From Acidimicrobiales bacterium (GTDB taxonomy: Bacteria; Actinomycetota; Acidimicrobiia; Acidimicrobiales; RAAP-2), in the NCBI GenBank assembly GCA_017883025.1, contig JADGOH010000042.1:1-61092 (forward strand): DNA of 61,092 nt, read 5' to 3'. Positions 8,469-17,580 of this stretch are shown here, piece by piece. How positions within the stretch are numbered: the first letter of the stretch is position 1; every line of letters begins with the position of its first letter. Below the pieces are notes generated by a model that worked only from the letters and a program-made list of their open reading frames with translations, searched no databases and was not told the origin of the DNA. A program made the position numbers and the translations under genes.

Positions 8469-9389
8469 TCAGGTCCCGAGGAACCGCAGTACGTGGTCGT
8501 TGACCTCGTCGGGGCGCTCGAGGTGGAGGAAGTGGCCCACCCCCTCGATCACGACGACCTCCGAGCCCGGGGCGAGGTGGTCGGCCACCGGCCCGATGAT
8601 GTCGACTCCCATGGCGCCGTCGGCGGTCCCGTGGAGGTAGAGGGTGGGCTGGGGTGCGTTCGACTCGCCGGCGGACTGGGCGGCAGCGGCGGCCGGGTCC
8701 TGCGGCGGGGGCGCCATCATCGCGCGGTAGTACCCGATGGCTGCCGACAGGTTGGCCTCGTCGGCCAGGGCCTCCTTCACCCGGGCCGCGTCCCACGCGC
8801 CGTCGTAGCCGGGGGACCAATCGGCCCACAGCCGGTCGAGGAAGGCGTGGTCGTCCATGGACACGGCGAACTCGGCCAGCGGGGTCTGGAAGACGAAGAC
8901 GTAGAAGCTGCGCCGGAGCTGTTCGTAGGCGAAGAAGTCGAAGCCCATCGACCGGGCCGGAGGCACGGCCATCGTGACGACCTTCGCCCAGCGGTCGGGC
9001 TCGTGGGCCGCCGCCGGATAGGTGAGGAGCGCTCCCCAGTCGTGCCCGATGATGACGGCGTCGTCGCCCCCGCCGAGCGCTTCGTGCAGCGCGCAGGCGT
9101 CGAGGGCGAGTGTCCCGGTGTCGTAGGCGCCGACCGCCGGCACCGTGGTGGGAGCGTATCCCCGCAGGAAGGGTGCGACCGCCCGGTAGCCGGCGTCGGC
9201 GAGTCGGGGGAGGAGGTGGCGCCAGGTGTGGGCAGTGTCGGGGAACCCGTGGAAGCACAGGGCCAGGGGCCCGTCCTCGGGACCGGCGGTGAGGTACCCG
9301 AACTCCAGGCCGTTGGCCGTGACGGTGCGGATCTCGTGGTTGCTGCGCGGGTCGGCGTCCATGGGTGTCGACGGTACCCCGCGAGTCAC
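8469..9389 (-). CDS. alpha/beta hydrolase, epoxide hydrolase / haloalkane dehalogenase-like
   Basis: CFHGFPDTAHTWRHLLPRL, IIGHDWGA, VGHFLHLERPDEV. Confidence 0.85.
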   Translation of the reverse strand: MTRGVPSTPMDADPRSNHEIRTVTANGLEFGYLTAGPEDGPLALCFHGFPDTAHTWRHLLPRLADAGYRAVAPFLRGYAPTTVPAVGAYDTGTLALDACALHEALGGGDDAVIIGHDWGALLTYPAAAHEPDRWAKVVTMAVPPARSMGFDFFAYEQLRRSFYVFVFQTPLAEFAVSMDDHAFLDRLWADWSPGYDGAWDAARVKEALADEANLSAAIGYYRAMMAPPPQDPAAAAAQSAGESNAPQPTLYLHGTADGAMGVDIIGPVADHLAPGSEVVVIEGVGHFLHLERPDEVNDHVLRFLGT

Positions 9390-9418
9390 ATCGCTGTGGC
9401 GGCTAGCCTCGTAAACCT

Positions 9419-10276
9419 GTGCGAATCACCTACTTCGGCGTCCGCGGCTCCTGCCCCACCTCGTCCGACCAGCAGCGCCGCTACGGGGGCAACACCTCCT
9501 GCGTGCTGGTCGAGGTGGCCGGTGAGCCCCCCCTGGTCCTCGACATGGGGACGGGACTCCGCGCGCTCGGCCACCACCTCAATGCGCCGCTGATCGCCGC
9601 CGGCAAGCCACTTCGGGGGAACGCCCTGCTCACCCACCTCCACTACGATCACGTGCTCGGCACCCCGTTCTTCCCACCGATGCGCGACCCGGGTGCCCTG
9701 CTCGAGATCTACGGGCCGGCTCAGGCCGACGACTCCCTCCAGTCGACGATGGCCGGCATGGTGAAGCCACCGTTCTTCCCGGTGCACATGTCCGACTTCC
9801 GCGGCGAGCTGCGCTACCACGACCTCGGCCCGGACGACGAGTTCGCCCTGGGCGGCATCAAGGTCAAGGTGCGGACGATCCCCCACATCGGCAACACGCT
9901 CGGATTCCGTATCGAGGCCGACGGCGTGTCGGTGGCGTACATGCCCGACCACCAGGCCCCCCTGGACCGCACGACGGTGGCCGAGGCCGTGCTCGACCTC
10001 TGCCACGACGTGGACCTCCTGATCCACGACGCCCAGTACACCGAGGACGAGTACGTGGAGCTCTTCGACTGGGGCCACTCGACTCCGGCCTACGCCGTGC
10101 TGGTGGCCACCCAGACCGGGGCAAAGCGTCTCGACATGTTCCACCACGACCCGGGGCACACCGACCGGCAGATCGACACCATGCTGCGGGCCGCCCGCAA
10201 GATCGCCCAGTCGATGGGCAAGGTCGAGGTCGCCGCGGCCAAGGAGGGCGTCACGTTCGAGCTCAAGGGGGCGTGA
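9419..10276 (+). CDS. MBL-fold metallo-hydrolase
   Basis: THLHYDHVLG motif. GTG start only 29 bp from the divergent start at 9389. Confidence 0.8.
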   Translation: MRITYFGVRGSCPTSSDQQRRYGGNTSCVLVEVAGEPPLVLDMGTGLRALGHHLNAPLIAAGKPLRGNALLTHLHYDHVLGTPFFPPMRDPGALLEIYGPAQADDSLQSTMAGMVKPPFFPVHMSDFRGELRYHDLGPDDEFALGGIKVKVRTIPHIGNTLGFRIEADGVSVAYMPDHQAPLDRTTVAEAVLDLCHDVDLLIHDAQYTEDEYVELFDWGHSTPAYAVLVATQTGAKRLDMFHHDPGHTDRQIDTMLRAARKIAQSMGKVEVAAAKEGVTFELKGA

Positions 10277-10803
10277 GCATGTCCGGCGACGGCACCGAGG
10301 ACGCCTTCGCGTTCGATGCCAACCGGTTCAAGGACGCCATGAGCCGGTTCGCCACCGGGGTGTCCATCGTGACCGGAATCGACGACGGTGAGCCGGTCGG
10401 CTTCACGTGCCAGAGCTTCTTGTCACTCTCCCTCGACCCGCCCTACGTCGCCGTGGCGCCGGCCCGCACGTCGACGAGCTGGCCGAGGATCGCCCGCACC
10501 GGAAGCTTCTGCGTCAACGTGCTGGGTGAGAGCCAGGAGGAACTGTGCCGGGGATTCGCCGTCTCGGGGGGGCCGAAGTTCGACGGCGTGGCGTGGCACC
10601 CCGCACCGGGCACCGGGTCGCCGGTGATCGAGGGCAGCCTGGCGTGGGTGGACTGCCGGGTGGAACTCGTGCACGACGCAGGCGACCACGAGCTGATCTT
10701 GGGCCGGGTCCTCGACCTTGGAGTCGGCGAGGGCACGCCCCTCCTGTTCTTCCGGAGCAGGTTCGCTACTGTGTCGCACGACGAGCCGACCGACGGGGGC
10801 TAG
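10273..10803 (+). CDS. flavin reductase family protein (NAD(P)H:FMN oxidoreductase-like)
   Basis: FKDAMSRFATGVSIVTG...GFTCQSFLSLSLDPPYV. The start overlaps the stop of the upstream MBL gene as GTGA. Confidence 0.85.
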   Translation: MSMSGDGTEDAFAFDANRFKDAMSRFATGVSIVTGIDDGEPVGFTCQSFLSLSLDPPYVAVAPARTSTSWPRIARTGSFCVNVLGESQEELCRGFAVSGGPKFDGVAWHPAPGTGSPVIEGSLAWVDCRVELVHDAGDHELILGRVLDLGVGEGTPLLFFRSRFATVSHDEPTDGG

Positions 10804-10864
10804 ACCCCGGTCGGCCGGCGCACGACCTGCGTCCGACCGGCGCACGACCTGAGGGGTACGACGC

Positions 10865-11416
10865 ATGCCGACGATCATCGAGTCCGACGTGATCCAGGAT
10901 GTGATCATCGTGGAGCCCGAGGCCCACGGCGACGAGCGCGGCCGCTTCGTCGAGACCTACCGCCGGAGCTGGTTCCCGTTGGGCCGCGAGATGATCCAGG
11001 GGAACCGGTCGACCAAGCAGGCCGGCGCCGTCGTCGGGCTCCACTACCACCTGCACCAGTCCGACTACTGGTACGTGCTGGCCGGCACCGCACGGGTGGT
11101 ACTCCACGACCTGCGCCAGGGGTCGCCGACCGACGGGGCCACGCTGTCCCTCGACCTCTCGGGCGACCATGACCGCGGCCTGTTCATCCCGCCGGGCGTC
11201 GCACACGGGTTCGCATCGCTCACCGACCTCACCCTCTGGTACCTGGTCGACGGCTACTACAACCCGGAGGACGAGCTCGGGGTGGCCTGGGACGACCCGG
11301 CAATCGCCGGGGACTGGGGGCTCACCGACCCGGTGCTGTCGAACCGGGACAAGGTCAACCCCCCGCGTGCCGAGATCCCTGCGGGCCGCCAGCCCTACCT
11401 GGGCCTGCGCACCTGA
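10865..11416 (+). CDS. rmlC: dTDP-4-dehydrorhamnose 3,5-epimerase-like cupin
   Basis: DERGRFVETY ... GLHYH ... DYWYVLAGTARVVLHDLR ... GVAHGF. Confidence 0.8.
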   Translation: MPTIIESDVIQDVIIVEPEAHGDERGRFVETYRRSWFPLGREMIQGNRSTKQAGAVVGLHYHLHQSDYWYVLAGTARVVLHDLRQGSPTDGATLSLDLSGDHDRGLFIPPGVAHGFASLTDLTLWYLVDGYYNPEDELGVAWDDPAIAGDWGLTDPVLSNRDKVNPPRAEIPAGRQPYLGLRT

Positions 11417-11468
11417 TCGATCCGGTCCGGCCCGGCGTGGCCGGCGGGCGGTCTGGAAGACTCCAGCC

Positions 11469-12287
11469 ATGTCTGCGCCCGCGCCCTCCGTCACCTTGTC
11501 ACCTGCAGCCCCGGTGCCCGAACCACTGGGCACGCCCGGCACGGGCGTCCTCGTCACGGGAGGCGGTTCCGGCATCGGGCGGGCGACCGCCGTGGCGCTG
11601 GCCGAGGTGGGCCGACCCGTGGCCGTGTGGGACATCGACGCCGCGGGAGCAGCGGCCACCGTGGCACGTTGCCGCGAACTCGGGGTCGTCGCCCACGCCG
11701 CCGTGGTGGACGTCGCCGACTCGGCCGGGATCCCGGGTGCGATGGCAGCTGCGGCGGACGACCTCGGGTCGCTCGGCGGGTTCGTCCATGCCGCCGGCGT
11801 GCCCGGCGCTGCCGAGGTCGACGACCTCGACGACGCGGTCTGGGACGATACCCTCAACGTCAACCTGCGGGCCGCGGCGATCATCTGCCGCCACCTGCTC
11901 GATCCCTTCCGCGCCGCCGGCCCGGGGTCGTCGGTGGTGCTGATCTCGTCCATCGAGGGATTCTTCGGAAGCTCGGTGCTCACCGCCTACTGCGCATCGA
12001 AGGGCGGGGTGCTCGGCGTCATGCGCTCGCTCGCCCAACGATTCGCCACTGAGGGGTTCCGGGTGAACGCCGTGTGCCCCGGTGCGGTGGCGACCCCCAT
12101 GCTCGAGCCGGCATTCGCCCTGCCCGGGTTCCGGGAGCAGATCGAGGAGCGGACGCCGCTGCGTCGGATCGCGACACCCGACGAGATCGCCCGGCCTGTC
12201 CGGTTCCTGCTCTCGGCGGAGGCCTCATTCATCACCGGCGCCCATCTCACGGTCGACGGCGGGATGACCGCCGTCACCGCCATCTAA
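11469..12287 (+). CDS. short-chain dehydrogenase/reductase (classical SDR)
   Basis: In-frame ATG at 11469 within ORF 11169..12287. TGGGSGIGRA, catalytic YCASKGG, PGAVATPM. Confidence 0.85.
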   Translation: MSAPAPSVTLSPAAPVPEPLGTPGTGVLVTGGGSGIGRATAVALAEVGRPVAVWDIDAAGAAATVARCRELGVVAHAAVVDVADSAGIPGAMAAAADDLGSLGGFVHAAGVPGAAEVDDLDDAVWDDTLNVNLRAAAIICRHLLDPFRAAGPGSSVVLISSIEGFFGSSVLTAYCASKGGVLGVMRSLAQRFATEGFRVNAVCPGAVATPMLEPAFALPGFREQIEERTPLRRIATPDEIARPVRFLLSAEASFITGAHLTVDGGMTAVTAI

Positions 12288-12312
12288 GGGCGCGACCAGG
12301 GACGACGCGCCC
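12288..12312 (+). terminator. GC-rich hairpin directly after the SDR stop codon
   Basis: GGGCGCG-accagggacga-CGCGCCC is a 7-bp perfect stem starting 1 nt after TAA. No U-tract follows, which is common in high-GC actinobacteria. Confidence 0.4.
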
Positions 12313-12388
12313 CGACTGTGCTGTCCGACGGATGGCATACCCCCGGTCGCCCCGCCAACCCCCGCGGTTTCGCGGTTGAATAGACCGG

Positions 12389-13375
12389 ATGTGGGCCCTG
12401 GCGTTCGTCCTCGTGGTGCTGGTGGTGGTGGCCGTCGCGGTCGCCCTCGTCAGGCGACCCCGGGGGGACGACGTGCACTCGGTGCAGAACTACAACCAGG
12501 CGCTCGGCACCCTCGAGCACCTGTCGGAGCGGATCGGTCCGCCGACAATCCGTCCGATCGCGCGGCAGGCCACGCCCGGCAGTCCTGTCGAGCGGGTGGT
12601 GCCACCGGTGCCCGTGCGGGGGACCGACGAGTTCCCCGACCCCGACGCACCCATCGTCTTCGACGACGCCCGGCCGCTCGACCGCCCCCGGAACGGCGAC
12701 AGCCGCGCCTCGGCACGTGGCGACCGCGCCCAGCGGATGGCGCTCGACTCGATGAACCGACGCCGCCGGGGAGGCATGGGGATCGTCGTGGCCGTGGTCG
12801 TCGTGCTCGTATTCGGTGCCCTCGCGCTGCTCGGCAGCCACCGATCGCACACCACCGCCCGCAGTTCGACGACGACGTCCACGGCCCACGGATCGGGCAG
12901 CACGGCCACGTCGACGACACGACCCAAACCGACCCCGACGACGCGGCCGACCCCGACGACGCTACCGACCCAGTTCGTGGCGACCACGACCTCGTCGTCG
13001 GGGACGTCGGCCACCTACACCGTGCCCAACGTCTCGTACCAGATCACGGCCACCGGGACGGGTCCGTGCTGGATCCAGGTCGACTCGGCAGCGACGGGCA
13101 AGGCCCTGTGGGCCGGCGAGCTGTCGGCGGGGACGGTCCAGAACATCCAGGCGACCGGCACCACCACCGTGCAATTCGGGACGCCCACCTTGACGCTGAC
13201 CGTCAACACCATCCCGGTGGTCTTCCCGAGCCCGCTGCACACGCCCTTCGTCGCCACGTTCACGCCGTCGGCCGGGGCCACCGCCGCTGCGGCCGCAGCA
13301 GGGCCGACGAACACGACCTCCGTCGCCCCGCCCGCCTCCGGTGCGACGACCACGACCACGTCGATCGGCGGCTGA
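12389..13375 (+). CDS. membrane-anchored protein with Thr/Pro-rich linker and RodZ C-terminal (DUF4115-like) domain
   Basis: N-terminal TM MWALAFVLVVLVVVAVAVALV. TSTTRPKPTPTTRPTPTTLPT linker. The C-terminal YQITATGTGPCWIQVDSAATGKALWAGELSAGTVQNI...LTLTVN resembles DUF4115. Confidence 0.65.
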   Translation: MWALAFVLVVLVVVAVAVALVRRPRGDDVHSVQNYNQALGTLEHLSERIGPPTIRPIARQATPGSPVERVVPPVPVRGTDEFPDPDAPIVFDDARPLDRPRNGDSRASARGDRAQRMALDSMNRRRRGGMGIVVAVVVVLVFGALALLGSHRSHTTARSSTTTSTAHGSGSTATSTTRPKPTPTTRPTPTTLPTQFVATTTSSSGTSATYTVPNVSYQITATGTGPCWIQVDSAATGKALWAGELSAGTVQNIQATGTTTVQFGTPTLTLTVNTIPVVFPSPLHTPFVATFTPSAGATAAAAAAGPTNTTSVAPPASGATTTTTSIGG

Positions 13376-13396
13376 GCTGCCGGCCCGGTCCGCGGA

Positions 13397-15595
13397 CTAC
13401 TCCGGGTAGGGGACCGGCGGCGCGTCTGCCATCCCGAGTGCGGCCAGGACGAAGGCGTAGACGAAGGCCTCGTCCTTCCAGGCGTCGTAGCGCCCAGATG
13501 GGCCCCCGTGGCCCGCGCCCATCTCCGTCTTGAGCAGGACCCGGTTGTGCGGGTTGGCGGCGCGCAGCTTCACCGTCCACTTCGCGGGCTCCCAGAAGCC
13601 GACCCGGGGGTCGGACAGCCCGGCCGTGGCGAGGATGTCCGGGTACCGCACGGGCCTGCCGTCCGGCCCGGTGGCGGAAACGTTGTCGTAGGGCGAGTAC
13701 GACTTCATGACCGAGTAAATCGCGGGGTCCTCGACCGGGTTGCCCCACTCCTCCCACTCGAGGACCGTGAGCGGGAGCGTCTCGTCGAGGATGGTGGTGA
13801 GGCAGTCGACGAACGGCACCTCGGCCACGATCGCCCGGAACAGGTCGGGCGCCAGGTTGGCCACCGCTCCCATCAGTAGTCCGCCCGCGCTGGCACCACG
13901 CGCCACCAGTCGTCCGGGCGAAGTCCAGCCGGCGTCCACCAGGTGGCGCGCGCACGCGACGAAGTCGCCGAAGGTGTTGGGCTTGGCGGCGAACTTCCCG
14001 TCCTCGTACCAGTGGCGGCCGAGCTCGCCGCCGCCCCGCACGTGGGCGATCGCGAAGACGAAGCCGCGGTCGAGCAGGCTCAGGCGCAGGCTCGAGAACG
14101 TCGGGTCCATCGACGCCTCGTAGGAGCCGTACCCGTACAGCAGGCAGGGTGCCCCGCTTCCGGACAAGGCGTCGGAAGCGGGGCTGTTCGAGGCGGCGGG
14201 GCCTGCGACCAGGTCGGGTCGGTAGACGAGCGAGATGGGTACCCGGATCCCGTCGGAAGCCGTGGCCCACTGCCGGGTCGTGCGGTACCGGGCCGGGTCG
14301 AAGTCGCCGAGCACTGGCTGGCGCTTGAGCAGGGCGAGGCCCCCGTCGACGAGGTCGAGGTCGTAGACGGAGCGGGGGGTGGCGAGGGACGTGTAGCCGT
14401 AGCGGAGGACGGTCGAGTCGTACTCGGGGTTGGCCTCGCCCCACACCGTCGACGGCGACTCCGGCTGATCGACCGGCGTGGCTGTGCCGGTGGCGTGCTC
14501 GATCACCCGCATGCGGGTCTCGCCGCCCTCGCGCTCGTAGACGGCGAGGTGGCGGACGAACGGGTCGACGGCATCCAGGCGGACGCCGCGGCGTGCGCCG
14601 ATCACTTCGGTCCAGTTGGCCCGTCCGAGGGCGTCCTCGGGGGCCTCCATCAGCCGGAAGTCCTCGGCCCCGTCGTTGGTGACGATCAGGAAGCGGCCGG
14701 GCCGCCCGGTGTCGGGGTCACCCCGGTCGTGGTCCACGGAGTACTCGATGCCCTGCCGGCGAGGCTCGACGACCGCGAACCGCCCCGCCGGGTCGTCCGC
14801 GTCCAGGACCAGGACCTCCGAGGTCACCTTCGAGTCGAGCCCGCACAGGATGAACCGGTCGTCCTTCGTGCGGCCCACGCCGAGGTAGTAGTGGTCGTCG
14901 GATTCCTCGAGCGTGAGCACGTCGCCGGCCGGGTCGGTGCCGACAACGTGGCGCCAGAGCTGGAACGGGCGCATCGCCTCGTCTACCCGCACGTAGAAGA
15001 CGGTGGCGTTGTCGTTGGCCCAGGCCGAGCCGTACGAGGTGTCCTCGATCGACTCGGCGGACTCGTCGCCGGTGTCGAGGTCCCGGAAGCGCATGGTGTA
15101 GCGCTCGCCCCCGGTGGTGTCGGTCGAGTACACGAGCCAGCGGTGGTCGGGGCTGATCGAGAAGTTGCCGAGGGCGAAGTAGTCGTGCCCCTCGGCCAGC
15201 GCATTCTCGTCCAGGAGGACCTGCTCGGCATCGTCGGGCCCGTCCGCAGGCCGCCTGCAGTGGATCCCGTAGCTGCTGCCCTCGACGGAGCGGCTGTAGT
15301 ACCTCCACGGCCCCTTGCGCACCGGGACCGACAGGTCGGTCTCCTGGATCCGGGCGACCATCTCGGCGTAGAGGGCTCCCTGGAGGGCGACGGTGTCTGC
15401 CATGGACGCCTCCGTGTAGGCGTTCTCGGCCTCGAGGTGCGCGATGACCGCCGGGTCGTCCTTGTCCCTCAGCCAGTACCAGTCGTCGGTCCGGACGTCG
15501 CCGTGGGCCTCGAGGGTGACGGGGCGCCGCTCCGCGACGGGGGGCACGGGCGGGTCGTCGGCAGGGTCAAGGCGGGAATCGTCGGCCATCCGCAC
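13397..15595 (-). CDS. ptrB: oligopeptidase B / S9A prolyl oligopeptidase family serine peptidase
   Basis: 732 aa. Beta-propeller N-terminus, then catalytic domain with RGASAGGLLMG (Ser nucleophile) and a GAGHGG segment. Confidence 0.9.
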   Translation of the reverse strand: MRMADDSRLDPADDPPVPPVAERRPVTLEAHGDVRTDDWYWLRDKDDPAVIAHLEAENAYTEASMADTVALQGALYAEMVARIQETDLSVPVRKGPWRYYSRSVEGSSYGIHCRRPADGPDDAEQVLLDENALAEGHDYFALGNFSISPDHRWLVYSTDTTGGERYTMRFRDLDTGDESAESIEDTSYGSAWANDNATVFYVRVDEAMRPFQLWRHVVGTDPAGDVLTLEESDDHYYLGVGRTKDDRFILCGLDSKVTSEVLVLDADDPAGRFAVVEPRRQGIEYSVDHDRGDPDTGRPGRFLIVTNDGAEDFRLMEAPEDALGRANWTEVIGARRGVRLDAVDPFVRHLAVYEREGGETRMRVIEHATGTATPVDQPESPSTVWGEANPEYDSTVLRYGYTSLATPRSVYDLDLVDGGLALLKRQPVLGDFDPARYRTTRQWATASDGIRVPISLVYRPDLVAGPAASNSPASDALSGSGAPCLLYGYGSYEASMDPTFSSLRLSLLDRGFVFAIAHVRGGGELGRHWYEDGKFAAKPNTFGDFVACARHLVDAGWTSPGRLVARGASAGGLLMGAVANLAPDLFRAIVAEVPFVDCLTTILDETLPLTVLEWEEWGNPVEDPAIYSVMKSYSPYDNVSATGPDGRPVRYPDILATAGLSDPRVGFWEPAKWTVKLRAANPHNRVLLKTEMGAGHGGPSGRYDAWKDEAFVYAFVLAALGMADAPPVPYPE

Positions 15596-15648
15596 ACAAT
15601 GGCACGGCGGCCCGGGCGGGCCGTGCGGTCCCGCCCGCAGAGTTGTTA

Positions 15649-15660
15649 CTATCTAGATAG
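15649..15660. promoter_or_regulatory. perfect 12-bp AT-rich palindrome CTATCTAGATAG, candidate operator/promoter of sufB
   Basis: It lies 40-51 nt upstream of the sufB ATG in the only AT-rich patch of the neighbourhood. It overlaps a TACTAT -10-like hexamer (15647-15652). A second inverted repeat AGGGGA-N9-TCCCCT follows at 15659-15679. Confidence 0.45.
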
Positions 15661-15699
15661 GGGAAATTACTGCTCCCCTCCCACCGACCAGGAGCGCTC

Positions 15700-17100
15700 A
15701 TGACCGCCACCGACCTCGATCTCGGGAAGTACAAGCTCGGGTGGTCCGACGAAGAGGACTACGTCTTCAAGCCCAAGAAGGGGCTGTCGGAGGCGATCGT
15801 GCGCGAGATGTCGGCGATGAAGAAGGAGCCCGAGTGGATGCGGGACTTCCGGCTCCGGGCCCTCCAGCGCTTCGAGAAGCGCCCCATGGCCGAGTGGTTC
15901 GCGGTCAACATGCCCGACCTCGACTTCGACGACATCTACTACTACATCAAGCCGACGTCGGGTCAGGTGGAGGACTGGAACGACCTGCCGGACGCCATCA
16001 AGAACACCTACGAGAAGCTGGGGATCCCCGAGGCCGAGCGGAAGTACCTCGCCGGCGTCACCGCCCAGTACGAGTCCGAGGTGGTGTTCCACCGCAATCG
16101 CGAGGACCTCGAGGCGCTCGGCATCATCTTCTGCGACATGGATACGGCCGTGCGCGAGCACCCGGACCTCGTCCGCAAGTACTTCGGCACGATCATCCCG
16201 CCGAACGACAACAAGTTCGCCGCCCTCAACTCGGCGGTGTGGTCGGGTGGGTCGTTCATCTACGTGCCCCCGAACGTGATCGTCGACCAGCCCCTGCAGG
16301 CCTACTTCCGGATCAACGCCGAGAACATGGGCCAGTTCGAGCGGACGCTCATCATCGCCGACGTCGGCGCCCAGGTGCACTACATCGAGGGCTGCTCGGC
16401 CCCGGTGTACACCACCGACTCGCTGCACTCCGCCGTGGTCGAGCTCGTCGCGCTCGAGGGCTCCCGGATCACGTACACGACCATCCAGAACTGGTCGAAC
16501 AACGTCTACAACCTGGTGACGAAGCGGGCCAGGGCCGAGGCCGAGGCCCACGTCGAGTGGATCGACGGCAACATCGGCTCCCGGCTGACGATGAAGTACC
16601 CGAGCGTCTACCTCATGGGCCCGAAGGCCTCGGGCGAGGTGCTCTCGGTCGCCTACGCCGGCGCAGGGCAGCACCAGGACGCCGGGGCGAAGATGGTCCA
16701 CGCCGCACCTGAGACGACCTCCACGATCGTCTCGAAGTCGATCTCCAAGGACACCGGGATCACGACCTACCGGGGCCTCGTCCACGTCGACGAGGGCGCG
16801 AAGAACGCCAAGAGCTTCGTCCGGTGCGACGCCCTCCTGCTCGACGACACCTCGGTCTCGGAGACCAAGCCGTACATGGAGGTCGGTGAGCGGGACGCCC
16901 GTATCGGCCACGAGGCCACCGTGTCCAAGGTCGGCGACGACCAGCTCTTCTACCTGATGAGCCGCGGACTTTCCGAGACCCAGGCGATGGGCATGATCGT
17001 GAACGGGTTCATCGAGCCGATCACCCGCACCCTCCCGATGGAGTACGCCGTCGAGTGGAGCCGGCTGATCGAGTTGCAGATGGAGGGCTCCATCGGCTGA
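15700..17100 (+). CDS. sufB: Fe-S cluster assembly scaffold protein SufB (no intein)
   Basis: 466 aa. [54 protein letters not shown], and C-terminal [30 protein letters not shown]. Confidence 0.95.
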   Translation: MTATDLDLGKYKLGWSDEEDYVFKPKKGLSEAIVREMSAMKKEPEWMRDFRLRALQRFEKRPMAEWFAVNMPDLDFDDIYYYIKPTSGQVEDWNDLPDAIKNTYEKLGIPEAERKYLAGVTAQYESEVVFHRNREDLEALGIIFCDMDTAVREHPDLVRKYFGTIIPPNDNKFAALNSAVWSGGSFIYVPPNVIVDQPLQAYFRINAENMGQFERTLIIADVGAQVHYIEGCSAPVYTTDSLHSAVVELVALEGSRITYTTIQNWSNNVYNLVTKRARAEAEAHVEWIDGNIGSRLTMKYPSVYLMGPKASGEVLSVAYAGAGQHQDAGAKMVHAAPETTSTIVSKSISKDTGITTYRGLVHVDEGAKNAKSFVRCDALLLDDTSVSETKPYMEVGERDARIGHEATVSKVGDDQLFYLMSRGLSETQAMGMIVNGFIEPITRTLPMEYAVEWSRLIELQMEGSIG

Positions 17101-17115
17101 TCGGCCGACAGGGGC

Positions 17116-17511
17116 GTGCCTCCGCGTCCCCCGGGACAGGCCACAATGATGACGGAGACGACGAGGGAGCCCCCATTGCCGATGCGTGAAGAGTGCAAGC
17201 ACTTCCAGAGCCGGACCTACGACTCGGGTGAGGTCGCCCGGTTCTGCGTGCTCGACCTGGCCCCCGAGGCACCGTGGAAGTGCCCCGACGACTGCCCGTC
17301 CTACGCACCGCGACTCGCCGACGTCGGCTGGGCCCACGGATCGCTGGTCGAACCGGCGCTGGAGCCGATGCCGGACGTCCCGGGAGACGAAGCGGCGGCA
17401 CTGCTCGACCAGGCCGAGGGCATCATCAACGCGGTGGCCCCCGACGTCCTCGCCGAGGTGCGCAAGGAGGACGAGCGGAGCGGCCGCAAGTGGTGGCGCC
17501 GCAAGCGCTGA
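17116..17511 (+). CDS. small 4-Cys protein of unknown function immediately downstream of sufB
   Basis: ORF track (GTG 17116). Alternative ATG starts at 17146 and 17182. GC3 is high. Cys pattern is C-x16-C-x11-C-x3-C with two Cys-Pro pairs (KCPDDCP). The tail is basic (RKWWRRKR). Confidence 0.6.
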   Translation: MPPRPPGQATMMTETTREPPLPMREECKHFQSRTYDSGEVARFCVLDLAPEAPWKCPDDCPSYAPRLADVGWAHGSLVEPALEPMPDVPGDEAAALLDQAEGIINAVAPDVLAEVRKEDERSGRKWWRRKR

Positions 17512-17580
17512 TCCACGGGCGGTGTCGGCGCACGTGCCGCCGGCGACCGGACGACCCGTGACCGGCGACCGGTGACCGGA

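Noticed and set aside
15658-15667. A shared decamer, TAGGGGAAAT upstream of sufB and TAGGGGGAAT (25335-25344) upstream of sufC copy 2, as a common suf operator.
   Set aside because: It is a single imperfect match, and its orientation relative to the two genes is opposite. A rough estimate suggests such a match between two ~100-bp spacers is not clearly beyond chance.
15700-17100. An intein in SufB, as found in mycobacterial SufB.
   Set aside because: At 466 aa the protein has normal intein-less length, and the conserved SufB blocks are contiguous.
17556-17578. The heptamer repeats TGACCGG-CGACCGG-TGACCGG in the convergent spacer after the 4-Cys ORF.
   Set aside because: There are only three short GC-rich copies in a 3' spacer. 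This is compatible with chance or local slippage, and no function can be argued.
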